A DNA stretch of 64,000 bases from Trichoplax adhaerens (Eukaryota > Animalia > Placozoa): NCBI RefSeq assembly GCF_000150275.1, contig NW_002060970.1, positions 270,197 through 334,196 on the forward strand. Direction: 5' to 3'. The translations under genes and the position numbers were made by a program. The notes under the pieces were generated by a model. The model was not told the origin of the DNA, did not search any database, and saw only the letters and a list, made by a program, of their open reading frames with translations. Within the stretch, counting starts at the first letter, position 1. Every line of letters starts with the position of its first letter. This document shows, piece after piece, positions 50,101 to 64,000 of this stretch.

Positions 50101-53100
50101 TAAAATATAAAAGACCGAATGAATTAATGCACCAATATTACTGTTTTGAATATTTAAATGATGGCTTGAAAATATTATAAATCGTATAGCTTTTATACCT
50201 TCACTTACAACATCTTAATTTGATTGTAATTGGACCTTTTAGGCGCTTTTCTCATTCCTTATTTTGTTTCTGTATTGTTGGTTGGAGTACCGACGTTACA
50301 TATGGAGTTAGCTCTTGGCCAATATATGAGAATGGGTCCTGGCACACTATGGAAACATGTCTGTCCTGTTCTTAAAGGTACGATAAATATTCATTTCTTA
50401 CATAGTAATGTTAGCGGTTAAAAAATACAAAAAAAATTTCGATTGGATTTCTTACTATAAGCAATCTAAGTAAAGTGTTGAAATTAAGATCTTGCTGCTA
50501 AATTATTAAAATGGCAGATGCTATTCTTGAACAATAGGCTTACATTACCGGATATTAACTATAGTTATTCAATTAAGCGCAGAGGCCTATTTGTTTTCAC
50601 TTATAATATTGCGGAAATATCTGATTTGATATTAATGCCTGTCCACATACTTAAAATAATATTTAGGCTTGGGTATTGCCATGATAGTTTCTTGCATTTT
50701 AAATGTGGTTTACTTTCATATCGTCTTGGCATGGTCACTCTTTTACTTTTACGCCAGTTTCTTTCCTCAATTGCCCTGGGCATCGTGTAATAATACCTGG
50801 AATACTCACGAATGCTATGTTACTGGGGATGTATTTGGAAACGTTAGCGGAAAAGCGGCTTCCGTTGAGTTCTTAGAGTAAGTTAATCGTCACAAATTAC
50901 TGAATATTTAATTTCGTTGCACCGGGAGTAAGGAAATTCTCTCTAGCTATGATTTTTCGTAAACTTCCTTCAAAAAACATCGAAAATCTACCGACTATTA
51001 GCATTCCAATCTAAGATACCGCAAATAACATTTCATTGCCGTAATAAGCTGTAGATAATACTTTGATTTATAAACCTTTATAAATTCTTAATTGCTTAAT
51101 TTTTGATCGTCATTTATTCTAAGTCTTTCATACGCGTATGCTTATATATTGACAGATTAATCGATTTTTCTCAGTGTATCAATGTCACTGATGTTATAAT
51201 GTCTTCTAAAATCAATAAATAATTATATATTAGTCGCACAAGTTTCCTTTTCGCATTGCCGTAATTACCCTAATTGCTCACCACAAATTCTGTCCTAATT
51301 GTCTCTGTGATAGTACATAGCGGCTTTTCATATAATACAAGTAGATTTATATTATTTACCAATTATAGGAGATCCATGCTTAATGTCTCTAATTTTAATT
51401 TCATATCTTGTTAGCCTGGTTATACTATATTAAATATTTTTTACAATATCCTTTACTGATTTTTAATCTATCATAATATACACTATGTGCAATCATCTTA
51501 TGTCAACGTGGAGTCGATACGATTTATTTTGTATCTTTCAGCTATAAATCAAATGACATATTTTAAATTTTAGTCTAGAAACTCTAAGGATCGACGAAGG
51601 TGGAGCTTTGTATTATGATTTAGTGCCACACTTGGTAATCACACTTTTGATCGCCTGGACAATTACCTACTGTGCAATGTGCATGGGTATCGAATCTTCC
51701 GGAAAGGTTGAATATTCTAATCAAGGATATAGTTTGTGTAGAAATAAACTAAAAGAAGAGATTATACAGTAATTGGACCTTGTTCTCATTCAATTTACGT
51801 ATCCCTTTCTTCATTCTAGGTGGTTTACTTCACCGCCACAGCTCCTTATGTTATGTTATTCTCCTTATTAATAAGAGCGGTTACACTACCGGGTGCTACT
51901 CAAGGCATTATTCAATTTCTAGTGCCGGATTTTAGTAAGCTGGGAACGCTAGATGTAAGTTCATGTTATAGCAAACCAAAAAAATGTCTTATTTATTTGC
52001 ACATAAAAATATGATAGAATGCAAACGGAAATACTGTAAGATGAAAGTGAATAAATTGAATTGAAACGTTGTTTGCATTAGCCTTGGGCTGATGCTTTAG
52101 GGCAGGTACTTTCAGCAATTGGAATTGGATTTGGTGCAATTATAACATTAGGAAGTTATAACCGCCGTGATAACAAATGTGGCAGGTAATTTCTTTTATT
52201 TCGTTTACAGTATTCATGAGCCCTTAGGTCATAATAGGAAATCGGTTTGACAAAATTGTTGGATTTGAATACAACCTACTGTTTGATTTTATAGAGATAG
52301 TGCTTACATTTGCACCATTACAAGTTTTACAAGTATAACCGCTGGTCTTGTGTGCTTTGCTGTTCTCGGCTATTTGTCTCGTATTACTGGTAAACCTATT
52401 GATGATTTGATTAGCGAAGGTATGAAAACGTTGTAAAATCCTCAAATCCATTCAATTAATAAGTTGATGAATGATTAGGATTTTCTGTTACGGAGCGACC
52501 AAGGATTTCAATCAGGGATAATATCGTATTAGAATAAACATGTTTAGCCATACTAAGTTATCACCAGTAAAAGGATTTTTACCTACGATAAAGAATCCTG
52601 TACTTTACTCTGTAGTAATTTAGATATCTTACCCGTTACATCACAAGTATTTCCTTCTACCTTTCATTGTTATAGCTTGTGCTTTTTGTCTGTTCTATGG
52701 CTACATTAATACTCATTACAGCTAGAAAAATTGTAGAGCTGCTGATCATTACGATTGAAATTTGCTTAGAGATCTTACCGATTTCTGATTAATTGAATTT
52801 CACTTCCTGTTGGCACAGAGATCGTAATTGCCTTTATTGCCTATCCAGAAGCTATTGCAAAATTACCAAGTCCACACTTTTGGGCCATAGCCTTTTTCTT
52901 TATGTTACTTCTATTAGGAATGGACAGCATCGTATGTGGAAAATTCTTATTCTTATAACTTAAATCACAACCTTGATAATTAGATGATGGAGAGAGTTAT
53001 GTAGGAATTGACTTAAATCTATTTTATTCTCCTATTATCAATACTAGTATGGTATGATAGAGACATTAATTACCACAGCAGTTCGATTTTCGAAAGGGAG

Positions 53101-55149
53101 GTGGGAGAATAGAAAGCCCATGGTGACATTTTTTATTTGTGCAGGTCTTTTTACAATAGGTTTAATATTTACTACTAGGGTAAGTTAACATGAATAGATC
53201 ATGGTCTACATTGTCTACGTTTCTGTTCGTATATTTCTTTAACTAAAATTAGCATAATTCACATGTAAAACACTACGGGGTAAAGTTATCATTTAAAACT
53301 AGCCCTATTTGGTAAACTAAAATAAGCTGTAGCTTAGCTGTTTCAAAAGCATTATAAAGCCGCTAGATTTGAGAGGTTTATAAACCACCACATATGTAAT
53401 TTGAGACTGATTCTATAAGTGTGATCATAGTCAAAGTGGATATGATTATAATCATATAATTTTAGATCCTTCATTTTTATTTCTAGTCTGGTCTCTTTTG
53501 GCTTATCGTTGTAGATACCAATAATGCTGGTCCAATTGTACTTGGTTTGACCTTATTTGAGGTCTTGGCAGTTTCATTTGTATACGGTAAGAGTGGACTA
53601 AATCCTGACCAAATAGAAAATGCTAAAACATAAAGTACAGACTTATTGCATATGGAATCGCATTTTGAAAAGCGTACTAAATCTGAAGGAAATAGCAAAT
53701 GCTACATATAAAGTAAAGGCTTTATTGCACATGTAATCGTATTTTAAAAAGTACACCAAATCCGAAACAAATAGAAAATGCTGAATATAAAGCAAAGGCT
53801 TTTCTGCATATTTAATGCTATTTTAAAAAGTACGCTAAATCACCTTTCAATTGAAAATGCTAAATATAAAGTAAAGAATTTGCTGCATATGTAATCTTAC
53901 TTTAAAATTTGCGCTAATCCTCACCCAATTGAAAATGGCAAATATAAAGTAAAGGCTGGATTGCACATCAAATCCTATTTTAAAATCTGTTTACCGATAT
54001 ATCCCATATAAGAAATATTAAATCGAAGCTACTGCTGCTGATAAAATATTGAAAATTTTGAAATGGATATTATGCATATAAGTTTATTGTCCACTTTACT
54101 ACAGTGCATGATATATCGTCCTTGTTATGCTAAAATAAGTTTAACAATTCTATTAGCGATAGTTAGCATAATTTTATGACATTAGCAAAGAAAAATGGCA
54201 TCCATTACTAATAAATTTATAGAAATCATTTTATTAATATCCTTAATATATAAAGTATTAAGTTGCTGTTGCTGATTTACAGTAAATATAGAGAGCCTAA
54301 AGAAGATAAAATCATGTATATTTTTGCCTCAAAATTAGCATTTCATTTATGTAGTCTAGGAACAGATATTTATAGCTTATTGAATGTTGTATCCATTTCA
54401 GGCGCTGATCGATTAGGTCAAAACGTCAAAGACATGACCGGATCTCGACCAAATAGCTATTGGATCTTGACATGGAAATACGTCTGTCCAATCGGTGCAG
54501 GTGTAAGTATTATATTGTCGTATTGAATGCACCTTGGCCAAAATAGTTCAATAAGCCTAAGCACATCTACTGTGAAATAAGCTCATAACTCTTAAGACTT
54601 AGCTTAGCGATTTTGCATTTCGTATCTTTAAGCTATAAGCAGTTATGATTAATTTAAACCTGGATATGATCCGGGTTTCATTGCAAATCTAATTTGTAAA
54701 TTCTTTAGTTTAATTTTGTGGTCAGTTTGGCTAAAACTGAACCAATGGAATATCTTGGGAAACCTGTTGAACCTTGGGGAGTTGGAATTGGCATCCTCTT
54801 GACATTATTAGTTTTAATTTGGATTCCTCTAGGAGCCATTTATCAACTTTATACCGCTGAAGGCAGCCTTAAACAGGTTAAGCATTTAAGCAGCTATTCT
54901 GTAGTGGTTGTAAGATTTGAAGGCTTATAAATTTATCAATGAATCAACTACAGCTTACATTGCTTTATTCTGTACTTTAGTTCAATTTATTTTTTTGACA
55001 TTTTTTTATTTATCATATAGAAATTTGCAACTTCCTTTTCGCCTCGATCAACCCATAAAACCAAACGTAAGCAAGTGGATAGCGTTATTTTAACAAAGAT
55101 CCTAACGGAGCCTTCTAAAATGGAATGCAACTATGTTTCTACAATATAG
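47151..55149 (+). CDS. SLC6/NSS sodium:neurotransmitter/amino-acid symporter family protein, 14 coding exons, atypical binding-site residues
   Basis: Approximate exons: 47151-47211, 49577-49819, 50243-50377, 50667-50877, 51574-51706, 51820-51954, 52082-52185, 52294-52418, 52819-52931, 53048-53179, 53487-53586, 54402-54502, 54709-54876, 55021-55149. Motifs: [84 protein letters not shown]. Ends NYVSTI*. Confidence 0.93.
53605..53990. repeat. Intronic tandem repeat, ~5 x 80 bp
   Basis: gaaaatgctaaatataaagtaaaggc..ttgcacat..aatc..attttaaaaa recurs. Confidence 0.85.
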
Positions 55150-55764
55150 TGAGCGATGGAAAACTCTGTCGTAGTCAGTGCATTATACTTACAGTAGTCC
55201 AATAGGATCATAATTTAATGATACTATAGTCCAACAAGTATATTCTTAAATTTCTATACTTTTCTTACATAAAGGATATTTCCTATTTTCAGTCGCAATC
55301 TAGCCTACTTAATTAACACATTACAACAGTAATAGCAAAGTGATATTATAAATTGTACTCTTCATTTTATTTCTCTCTAAACTTTAAGAATTAATTTACA
55401 GTTTGAAATTTTATTCTAACGTGAGCGTCAAATCAATTTGCTTATTTGTATTACTCTGGTATATAGGATATTACAATTTTTCATGAAAATTAATCTTGCA
55501 GTGCTATATTGTGGAATAAAATATTCTATCAAGGCAATCAAATAACCTTTGACATCTGATTGTAATTGCTACTTCTTTCTACAGATATACTGAAAAAAGC
55601 TATAAATTTATATAGTAAACTGTAGATTCTAATAACTGTACAGAATAAGACGTAGGCATTGTACAACTTTAGGAATTAGAGTAGAGATGAAAAGCTACAT
55701 TATTTCAATTCTGTTAAAAATTGCAATCCGATCTTAATAAGCTTGCTACTTCAAAGTGACTTAT

Positions 55765-56345
55765 AGATCTTGACTTCTACAAGTTATTGAAAATGAAAAT
55801 TTATGTTCTTAGTATGATATCTGCAATAGCCCAAATCGGATTTTACATCACCTCTAATAATTACGTAGCGTAATTATTATTGTATAAACTAGATTTCTCA
55901 TGCTTGCACAAACATATTTCATTCGCTTGATATCTGCTTAAAAATTATATGAACTCATTGCTAGAAAAACAAGTTGTATTTCTTGACTTTCTACTGGATA
56001 TTAAAAAAGAAATTTCTTTTCATGCTATAAGATCTGTAAGAGCACAAATTGGGTTTTCACTATATCGCATTTTTAATTAAAGTAAATAATATTTGTTTGA
56101 AACCTAGATTTCACGCGCTTACACAAATATATTTCATATGCTCAGTATCTGATTGGAATTGTATAAGCTCATCTATAGAAGAACGACTTGAAGATCTTGA
56201 CTTTCTACTAGACATTATTGAAAAAAGGAATTTTCTTCCTCAGCATGATATCTGCAAGAGCACAGATCGGATTTTAAAGTATCTCCCATTTGCGTAGTAT
56301 ACCAGTAATTAATACTGTATAAGCCTATATTTCACGTGTTTACAA
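55765..56345. repeat. Degenerate tandem repeat, ~3 x 215 bp
   Basis: tcttgactttctac...gaaattt...catgatatctg.aagagcacaaatcggatttt recurs at ~55769, ~55981 and ~56195. Confidence 0.75.
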
Positions 56346-59079
56346 AAAATGCATTCCGTTTGCATAGTATTTAATTCGAATAATAAGGGAAAGGTGGAAC
56401 TTTTATAAAAATATCTAACCCTTTTCAATCTCAAATTTAATTGTTCCTTGAAATAAAGCTTTGTCTATTTATTGGATAGGTGTCCTAAATCATATCGGTA
56501 TAAATAAACTTTAACGAAAGGATTAGTGATTTTACCACCTGTGATGGCATTCCAGGAAATCAATTATTTTAGCTTTTAAAGCTAATTCTAATTGCATAAT
56601 ATTCTGAAGTATATTTGTATAAACATAGCTTAACTTTGCAACCTCCGTCCTTTTATTTCTAAGGATCGATTTTACATGAAATCAACTCTATTCTGCTTGT
56701 TCGATTAACGAATATCAATACAATGATAGCTTATATTTGCTTAAATAGTTCAAGTTGATTAATTTTTAATGCTATCCGTGATAGTTTGCCTGCAGATAAC
56801 TTTATTTATCCACAGAATCTGACGTCGCGCATAATTCAAGATTGTTCTTTCTCAGCATGTTCATTTCAATTAAATCAAGTCAAGAAGATTTAGAAGATAC
56901 TTAGCAGTAGCAATCTAGCTAAAATTTGAGCCTCTCATCCACTTTATCCTGTCAAAAGATGGCTTTTAATAACTGCAAGTGATTCATTTCACATATGAAA
57001 TACAACTGTTGGATACTGCCTCATATTTTGCAACGGTAGCCACAGCAATCATGATTGCAATACATTTTGTATTTTCTTCACCGTAGCTTTATCGCTACGG
57101 GATTGCAAAAAACAATCACTGCTAGTTTGTTTTAAAAATTAATTTAATAAAATAAATAATTCTAAGCAATTAGCTCTTCAATTCAATTGAATACATCAAA
57201 TCGTATGATTTTATTCTTATATGGGATGGGTCAAAAGCCATATGCTAATTTACTATAAGGATTATGTAAATTCAAAGGATAAAATCAGCCATGCTTCAGT
57301 TTAGCTTGAAGAATATATTGATTTTTTATCGTCCAAGCTATTCCAGTTGAATAAGCCATATTAATCTATATAGGAATAAAACAACATTAGCAGTCTATCT
57401 TTAGGTTTAAGATGGTTAATAGTAAGAGAGGATAGAGCTTGCAGTGGCAATATTCGATAAGGCACATAAGATAGCCATAATCATCAATCATTATAGCAAT
57501 TCTGAGCCTCAACTTTGGCATGTAGAATGCTAACAATATTGGTTTGCTAGTATACTAAAACCTTTGCTTGGACGCTTTTCTTAGCCTTTTCATTTATTTC
57601 CATTAAACAACTGTATCCATTTTGACTATCAAGATATAAGAGAATCTCCCAATTATTCCGATTTGCTCTGATCTCGAATACAAATTAGATCGACTATCTT
57701 AATCAAATCAAAAGATTTGTTAATGTGGTCTATTAAATTTAAGGGAGAGATAAAACTCCAAAATGCCATTGAGCTTACGTTTGCCATTGCAATGGATCGT
57801 AATAAGAAGAATGCTTCATAACTAGAAATTCAACTTTCAGTTGAAAATTATATTTTATGCATTCCTTAATATTCGTCCACTTTATAAAATTATTTTCAAT
57901 AATTAATTTTCCTTAGTAAGAAAAGTATAATTTCATTCTTCCAGGCTTCAAGGCCAATCTAGATTAAGTAACTCATTTTTACTCTGTAATTTAAGTAGAT
58001 AGCGTTATTTTAGGCTACTAAATTACTTTGTGGATCATCAAAAGAATGTACTTGTTTTACATAATTTCAGCTAAGATTAAAATCTGATAGGGCTGATTTT
58101 GTAGCATTATCTACGCGTCGATTACTCTAATGGATGATCCTATTTGTAGGCTGTGAAGGAGCATGTGTAGGGGAAAATTAAGAGAGACATATAATTACTA
58201 TTACGCTTCTGTAATTTTAGTATATTGTTATTATTTTGAGGCACGTAGAAGATTGGATGCTGAAGTGAGCATGTAGTGTAGTAAAATGTTATTTTAATTC
58301 ATTATGAGTTTCAATTTATTATCATCTATTGCTATTTTTTTTAATTATATTTCAATCAATATGAACCTGTGCCTCCTACCAAGTCATTTTATCTTATTTA
58401 TTTTTTAAAATACGTTTTCATCTATTAATAAAGGAAAAAATCCAAATGTCTCAAGCTCATATTTATATAGTAGATTTTCTATGGATGCATAAATTAAAGA
58501 AGTTTATAGTTGTTTCGCTGTTAGACGCCGCAATATCTTGTGGTTGCCATGAAATTAACCGTTATATAACGATAACGCTGTTTGTGAACATAATGCCCTG
58601 TCAGACTACGAAATAATGACCTGCGCTTGTGCATGGAATACATTGAGAACTTATTACTGATTTAAAATATTATACTTAATTAATGCGATGTGTATTATGA
58701 GAAATCCGTAAAGCTAGATGGAGTTTTTAGGCCAGTTCTAACTTATAACTATTCAACTTTAAAGGCTACCACGCGAGAGTATGAACCAAAATATTGACGC
58801 GTTATATTTCCTTGCGAAAGTATAGTATAAATAGACCATCCAATAATTACAGTAATCGACATTTCTAAAAAAACGTTTTCTTAAATTGGTACATAATCCT
58901 ACAAATAAAGCTAATTATCATATCAGATATGAAATTATTAACTAAATCCAGATAAACCTAGTGGAGTAAATAAGATATTTTGCTATTTCTTCCAGTAGCA
59001 TCAAACTAGGTTAGGATTCAAGAATGAGCCATTATTTTAAAAAGTAATTGGTTCCTGAATCAAACTACGGCTCTAACTA

Positions 59080-60890
59080 ATATCAACCAGTATTATCCTT
59101 ATGTAATTTTTTACTCGTGAAATAAATTAAAATTGTCTAATTCTGTCAACAAGATTGATTTCATATAGTACGCCAATAACTAATATTGACCAGTGTCACT
59201 CTTTAGCATTTCTTATTCATGGACTAAATCAAAACTGTCTAATCCCGTCAACAAGATTGATATTACATAGTAAACTAAAGGACTAATATCAAACAGAGTC
59301 ATTCCAAAGCATTTCTTATTCATGAATTAAATTAAGACTGTTCAATGCCGTCAACAAGATTGATAATACAGGGCCCATCAAGGGATTAACATCTAACAGT
59401 ATCCTAATTATTGTTTATTTATGAAGTATATTGAAATTGTCTAATCTCGTCAACTAGATTGATATCACATGGAAAGTTAGGAGACTAACATCAAACAAGG
59501 TCATTCCTAAGCAATTTTTTATTCATGAAATAAACTAATATTGTCTTATTCCGCTAGCAAGATTGAAACTATAGGGCAAGATATGGGACCAACATCAAAC
59601 AGTGTCGTTTGTAAACATTTTATGCATGAAGGCCACCAATACGCATTTATATGTATTCTTGTGACATAAATACACCAGAGATATTTTCGGGTCTTCTTCT
59701 ATCTCGAACTACTTATCAAGTTTAATTTCCCGAGATAACTATGAACTTTTTCCTTAAGTTTCACGATACAAACGGTATAGACCTTCTCCTTGCGCGAAAG
59801 CGATAAAATAATAAACACTTTATAGTAAAAGTAACCTACATTTATACCTTCTATCGATATTCTGGAGCAGTTGCTGATTCGATACTTTGAAATGAATACT
59901 AAAAAACGATATCGGCTATCATGTATTCTCAGACCTAAATTTGTATTACTTTATGCTCTATTTCATAATACGTTAGAGCACGCTTATAGCATGAGGCAGT
60001 CATGGTCTGAACACTATCTGACCTTTGAGCTCTCTTACAAATTAGATATGTAACTAATTGACTTGTTTTAACAATAAATTGAATTAGTATTACATATACT
60101 CGTAATCTAACAACAAGTTATTAACCATACTGTATCATAATCAATATAGTGTATTTATTCTTATTTCTTAACGGTTGTCTTTCACACCGCGGCAGTAAAA
60201 TAAATTAAAAATTGTCTTATCCCGTCAAACAAGATTGATGCTACATGGTAAGCTAAGGGACAAACATCAACAGTACCATTCCTAAGCATTGATTATTCAT
60301 GAAATAAATTAAGAATATCCAATCCAGCCAAATAAATCATCAAAATATTGCAGGGCGAGCTAGGAGACTAATATTAAGCAGTATTATTCCTAATCATTTT
60401 TTATTCATGAAACAAATTAAAATTGTCAAATCCCGTTAACAAGGTTGATAATGCATAGTAAACTAAGGGACTAATATCAAATAGCGTCATTCTTAAGCAA
60501 TTTCTTATTCATGAAATAAATTAAAATTGTCTAATTCCGTCAACAAGACTGATATTGCATAGTAAGCTAAAGGGCTAATATCCAACAGCGTCATTCCTAA
60601 GCATTTCTTATTCATAAAATAAATCAAAATTGTCTAATTCCGTCAACCAGATTGATAGTGCAAGGTAAGCCAATAGACCAACATCAAACACTGTCACTCC
60701 TAAGCATTTCTTATTTATGAAATAAATTAAGATTGTCTAATCCTGATAACTAGATTGATATGCTAGGGCTACCTAAGGAACTTATAACAAAGAGGGTCAT
60801 TTCCAAGTATTTCATTTTCATTCTTGAAGTAAATTAAATTTGTCTAATCTCGTCAACAAGATCGATTTTTTGTACGGTAGTAAAGTGGGG
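59080..60890. repeat. Tandem ~90-95 bp satellite (about 13 units) split by a ~570-bp unrelated insert at 59631-60198
   Basis: Unit gactaatatcaaacagtgtcattcctaagcatttcttattcatgaaataaattaaaattgtctaattccgtcaacaagattgat. Confidence 0.88.
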
Positions 60891-62178
60891 ATCCGTCAAT
60901 CCGGGACAGAAACGAAAGTCATCTATTTTTTTATCCAAATGAAAGTAGTATGGGAAATGGAACAAATAAGTACATGTAGAACGGCTGGGAAACCCTTTAT
61001 TGTCACTCCAACTTTACGATGGCTTTAGGCTAAGGAAGGAATGATTCGGATTCCTTAAAATCTATGGTAAAGATTGTTAATTTAATCAGTCCGTAATAAG
61101 TTGTCCATTGCTTTCATGAGTTAATAGCCATTTGCCGCAACCAACTTTGACTAATTACTACTAGTATTCTTACTATAAAATTAAATTAACACTGAATTAT
61201 ACTAATTAATTTGCATTTAATTTAGAGGTAGACACTTATGAAATCTTATTGGATGTCTATCAAGCATTAAGATTGAGATCATTCAATATTTTATTCAAAA
61301 TAAGGGTATAAAATGTTAGATAACGTCGGATTAATACTGTTCGAAAATTTATGATCTTCACATTAACTTTATGATAGATTTAATCTACGCAAATGGAATT
61401 TTATCATCGTTCTAGTGGTTACAACTATCTGAAATGTAGCTACGATATATAATAATTATAAGTGGTGATGCAACAAGTGGCTTATGTTATTTAAACGTTA
61501 GCATCGATTTCTTGGACTAATAAATAAAAGTATAGGCAAACTTTGTTGATCGATTGCAAGTTGTTACTGTATCTGCTAAAATTGACTTTATTGATGCATC
61601 TGACAAAATCAAGAATTAATCGACATACACATTCATCCAAGCTACAGTAGGAAAATGAATTCAATGACTTTGTTTGAGCAGTTAGCTAAAATATCATCTT
61701 TACTATAATTTTATGATGACATTAATGCCGGTACATAAAAGATTAATATAAAATTGATTAATGAACCAACGGAACAATAGAGTACTGCTATTGATTTTAC
61801 CTCGAAAGATTTATTTGTGCGTGAATAATTAACTGTGAATTTGTCTGGCTATAGATTCATGCTCTTTTGAATATTATATTAGGAGTAAGATAATAGGTTG
61901 CAAATAAAGATGGCCACTATTGAAAAAAACAAGGAAGATGCTAATTAGTCGATACTGTAATATGCTAAAGGTAAGCCTTGACTTAGTAATTTGCTATTGA
62001 AGAGACTGCCTAACGCATTTGTAAAATTAATCTTTTATCATAATGATGCACTCTCTATCAAGTTTTACTGCATAAAGACATCGATATAAGCAATTCATCA
62101 TNTTCTTGACATCTGTTGAATATATAAAGTTCTTAAAATTCAAATTTGGTAAATAAAGCTGAGAACGTAGTTAGCAAG

Positions 62179-62577
62179 ATGGAGATGCGACCAGTCGAAG
62201 GTCCTGTCCAAGGTAAGGCTAATTTTTATATTTATTAATCGTAGAAAAATTTTCAACATCATTTCTACTTTATACTGAGTGTGATCGGATTGAAGAGTAA
62301 ATTGCTTTTCGATGCTTAATGTGCTTTCGTAATTTTTCTTGCTTCGATTTTTCCTGTATAATAACCTATCATGCCTTAGATCCGGAAAAACAACCTGAAA
62401 AATCTGAAAAGAAAGAGTTAGATGATGCTTTATCCAGTGAAATAGAAGATGTTAAAAACGATCAAAATCAAATTTATTGGGGCAACTGGTTTGAATTTAT
62501 TTTGTCATGTGTTGGATACGCTGTCGGCTACAGCAATGTACTTCGTTTTCCTTATATCTGCTACAAGCATGGAGGAG
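62179..62577 (+). CDS. Second SLC6 paralog, first two coding exons; the gene presumably continues beyond the window
   Basis: Exon 62179-62212 (MEMRPVEGPVQ|gtaagg) and exon 62380-62577 (..[39 protein letters not shown]|gtaaaa) have the same intron phases and nearly the same TM1 as the upstream SLC6 gene. Confidence 0.88.
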
Positions 62578-64000
62578 GTAAAATCATTTCTAGACGTTAC
62601 TACCTGCTTGATATCATATATGATTCTGTTGGCTAGTAAACTTTAGACACCTTATTAATAATCAAGGTGCTTTTATCCAACATTATACTATTTTCTAAAA
62701 TAATAAGCCAACTAAACGAAGTGCCAACAATATTGGTAGACATGCCTTGATTAAACTCTTAAACATCTTTCCCATAGCCAATTTTTTTAACGGTTCCTTC
62801 CTTAATTTGAAGATACGAATTGATTTGCTAATATCAGTCTTTTTTATTTACTTAATTTATAAAATCATCCTATAGACAGCACTGCAGTACATCGGTAGCG
62901 ACTCTGCAATCCTCATTTTCTCCTTCGGTTTATGAATTTTTAATCTTTTTATTTCTATTTATTTGGCGAGAAAATGAAGAGAACATATGCCTTAGTTTCA
63001 CTTCTGAAGTCAGTAGCATAGGCATGCTTATTTCTAAGGATCTATCTGTTATTTCTTCTCGCAGCTACGATCGACTACGTTCAGTAACAACCAGTGGTTC
63101 GCCCTTACTAGGAGAAATAATCTATCGATACATAGTCATGATAATTAATCAATCTTTATCCATTCCAAGCGAACCAGATATATGTTGTATTCATATAGAG
63201 GCACCTATATCCGTAACTAGACAATTTCACAATAGTATATCCAGACTAGGCTTAGTTAAAAGGCGACGTAGGCAGCCTATTGAAAGAATTATTCTTCATT
63301 TGTACTTTATTAATTAGAGTTAATTACTAATGCATTAGTAGCGCATTGACTTTTTTGACTGGGATCAATCGGGCTATATCACGCGTATTTTAATCAAAGC
63401 TTTAAATCTAATATCTTTTGAAGGTAAAGATTTTCAACCATTAGATATCTATGAAATTTAGTGCGCCGGCGAGAACGTGTAGCTAGACCGTCCATTAATA
63501 TTTTAAGTTTTCCCGTTATCGTAATTTTAATTTAAGGAAACCTATACCTAAAATATGTCTATTACCACTACCTGATATTTGATTATATTCTAATCATTTC
63601 CCTAATTGAAACACCTTTTCCTATTCTTGCTATATCGGATAATTTCTCTTACGTAGTCATATTTATTCTTGGATAAAAACAGCAATGAGATGGGACACCA
63701 ATAATGCTATCCTGTCTCACTCTTCTTAATCAAACAAAATAACATACTTAGAGACTTACATTACATCCAATAATAAAGAACTACATTTTTATCCTATTAA
63801 TTTAATTACCACTAGATCAAAGTTCAAAATTTTTTCCATAATTTATTTTTATAAACAATTTAAGTTAGAAGTCTTGCTTAGATTAACAAAAGATGAAGAA
63901 CAATATATCTACTGACGACCGCATTATTAAGCATCAATTCGATAGTATAGTGCAGGTCTTAGAGGGGTGCCTGGATGGGTTACGCTATTTAAGTGCAAAA

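Overview
AT-rich, intron-dense eukaryotic DNA from an animal. Compact genes with many ~80-150 nt GT-AG introns suggest an early-branching metazoan such as a placozoan; this is inference only. I assembled six multi-exon genes by hand. (1) RanBP2/Nup358, minus strand, ~1852-14620. (2) SSR4/TRAP-delta, plus strand, 16663-19539, head-to-head with RanBP2. (3) A mosaic EGF / uromodulin-D8C / fibrinogen-like-start gene with several lesions, plus strand, ~21781-31208. (4) HSP90B1/GRP94 ending in KDEL, minus strand, 34516-41184, with a perfect ERSE upstream but ~70 conserved codons missing. (5) A complete SLC6/NSS transporter with atypical ion and substrate-site residues, plus strand, 47151-55149. (6) The first two exons of a tandem SLC6 paralog from 62179. 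Both housekeeping promoter regions carry CAGTA/TACTG-rich satellites, foldback repeats or MITE-like elements. The most notable items are a Nup358 built from nearly nucleotide-identical RanBD-IR modules with no zinc fingers or cyclophilin, the degenerate-site SLC6 pair, and reading-frame lesions in four of the five fully examined genes (most likely assembly errors, but unresolved). I found no tRNA, rRNA, CRISPR array or transposase.
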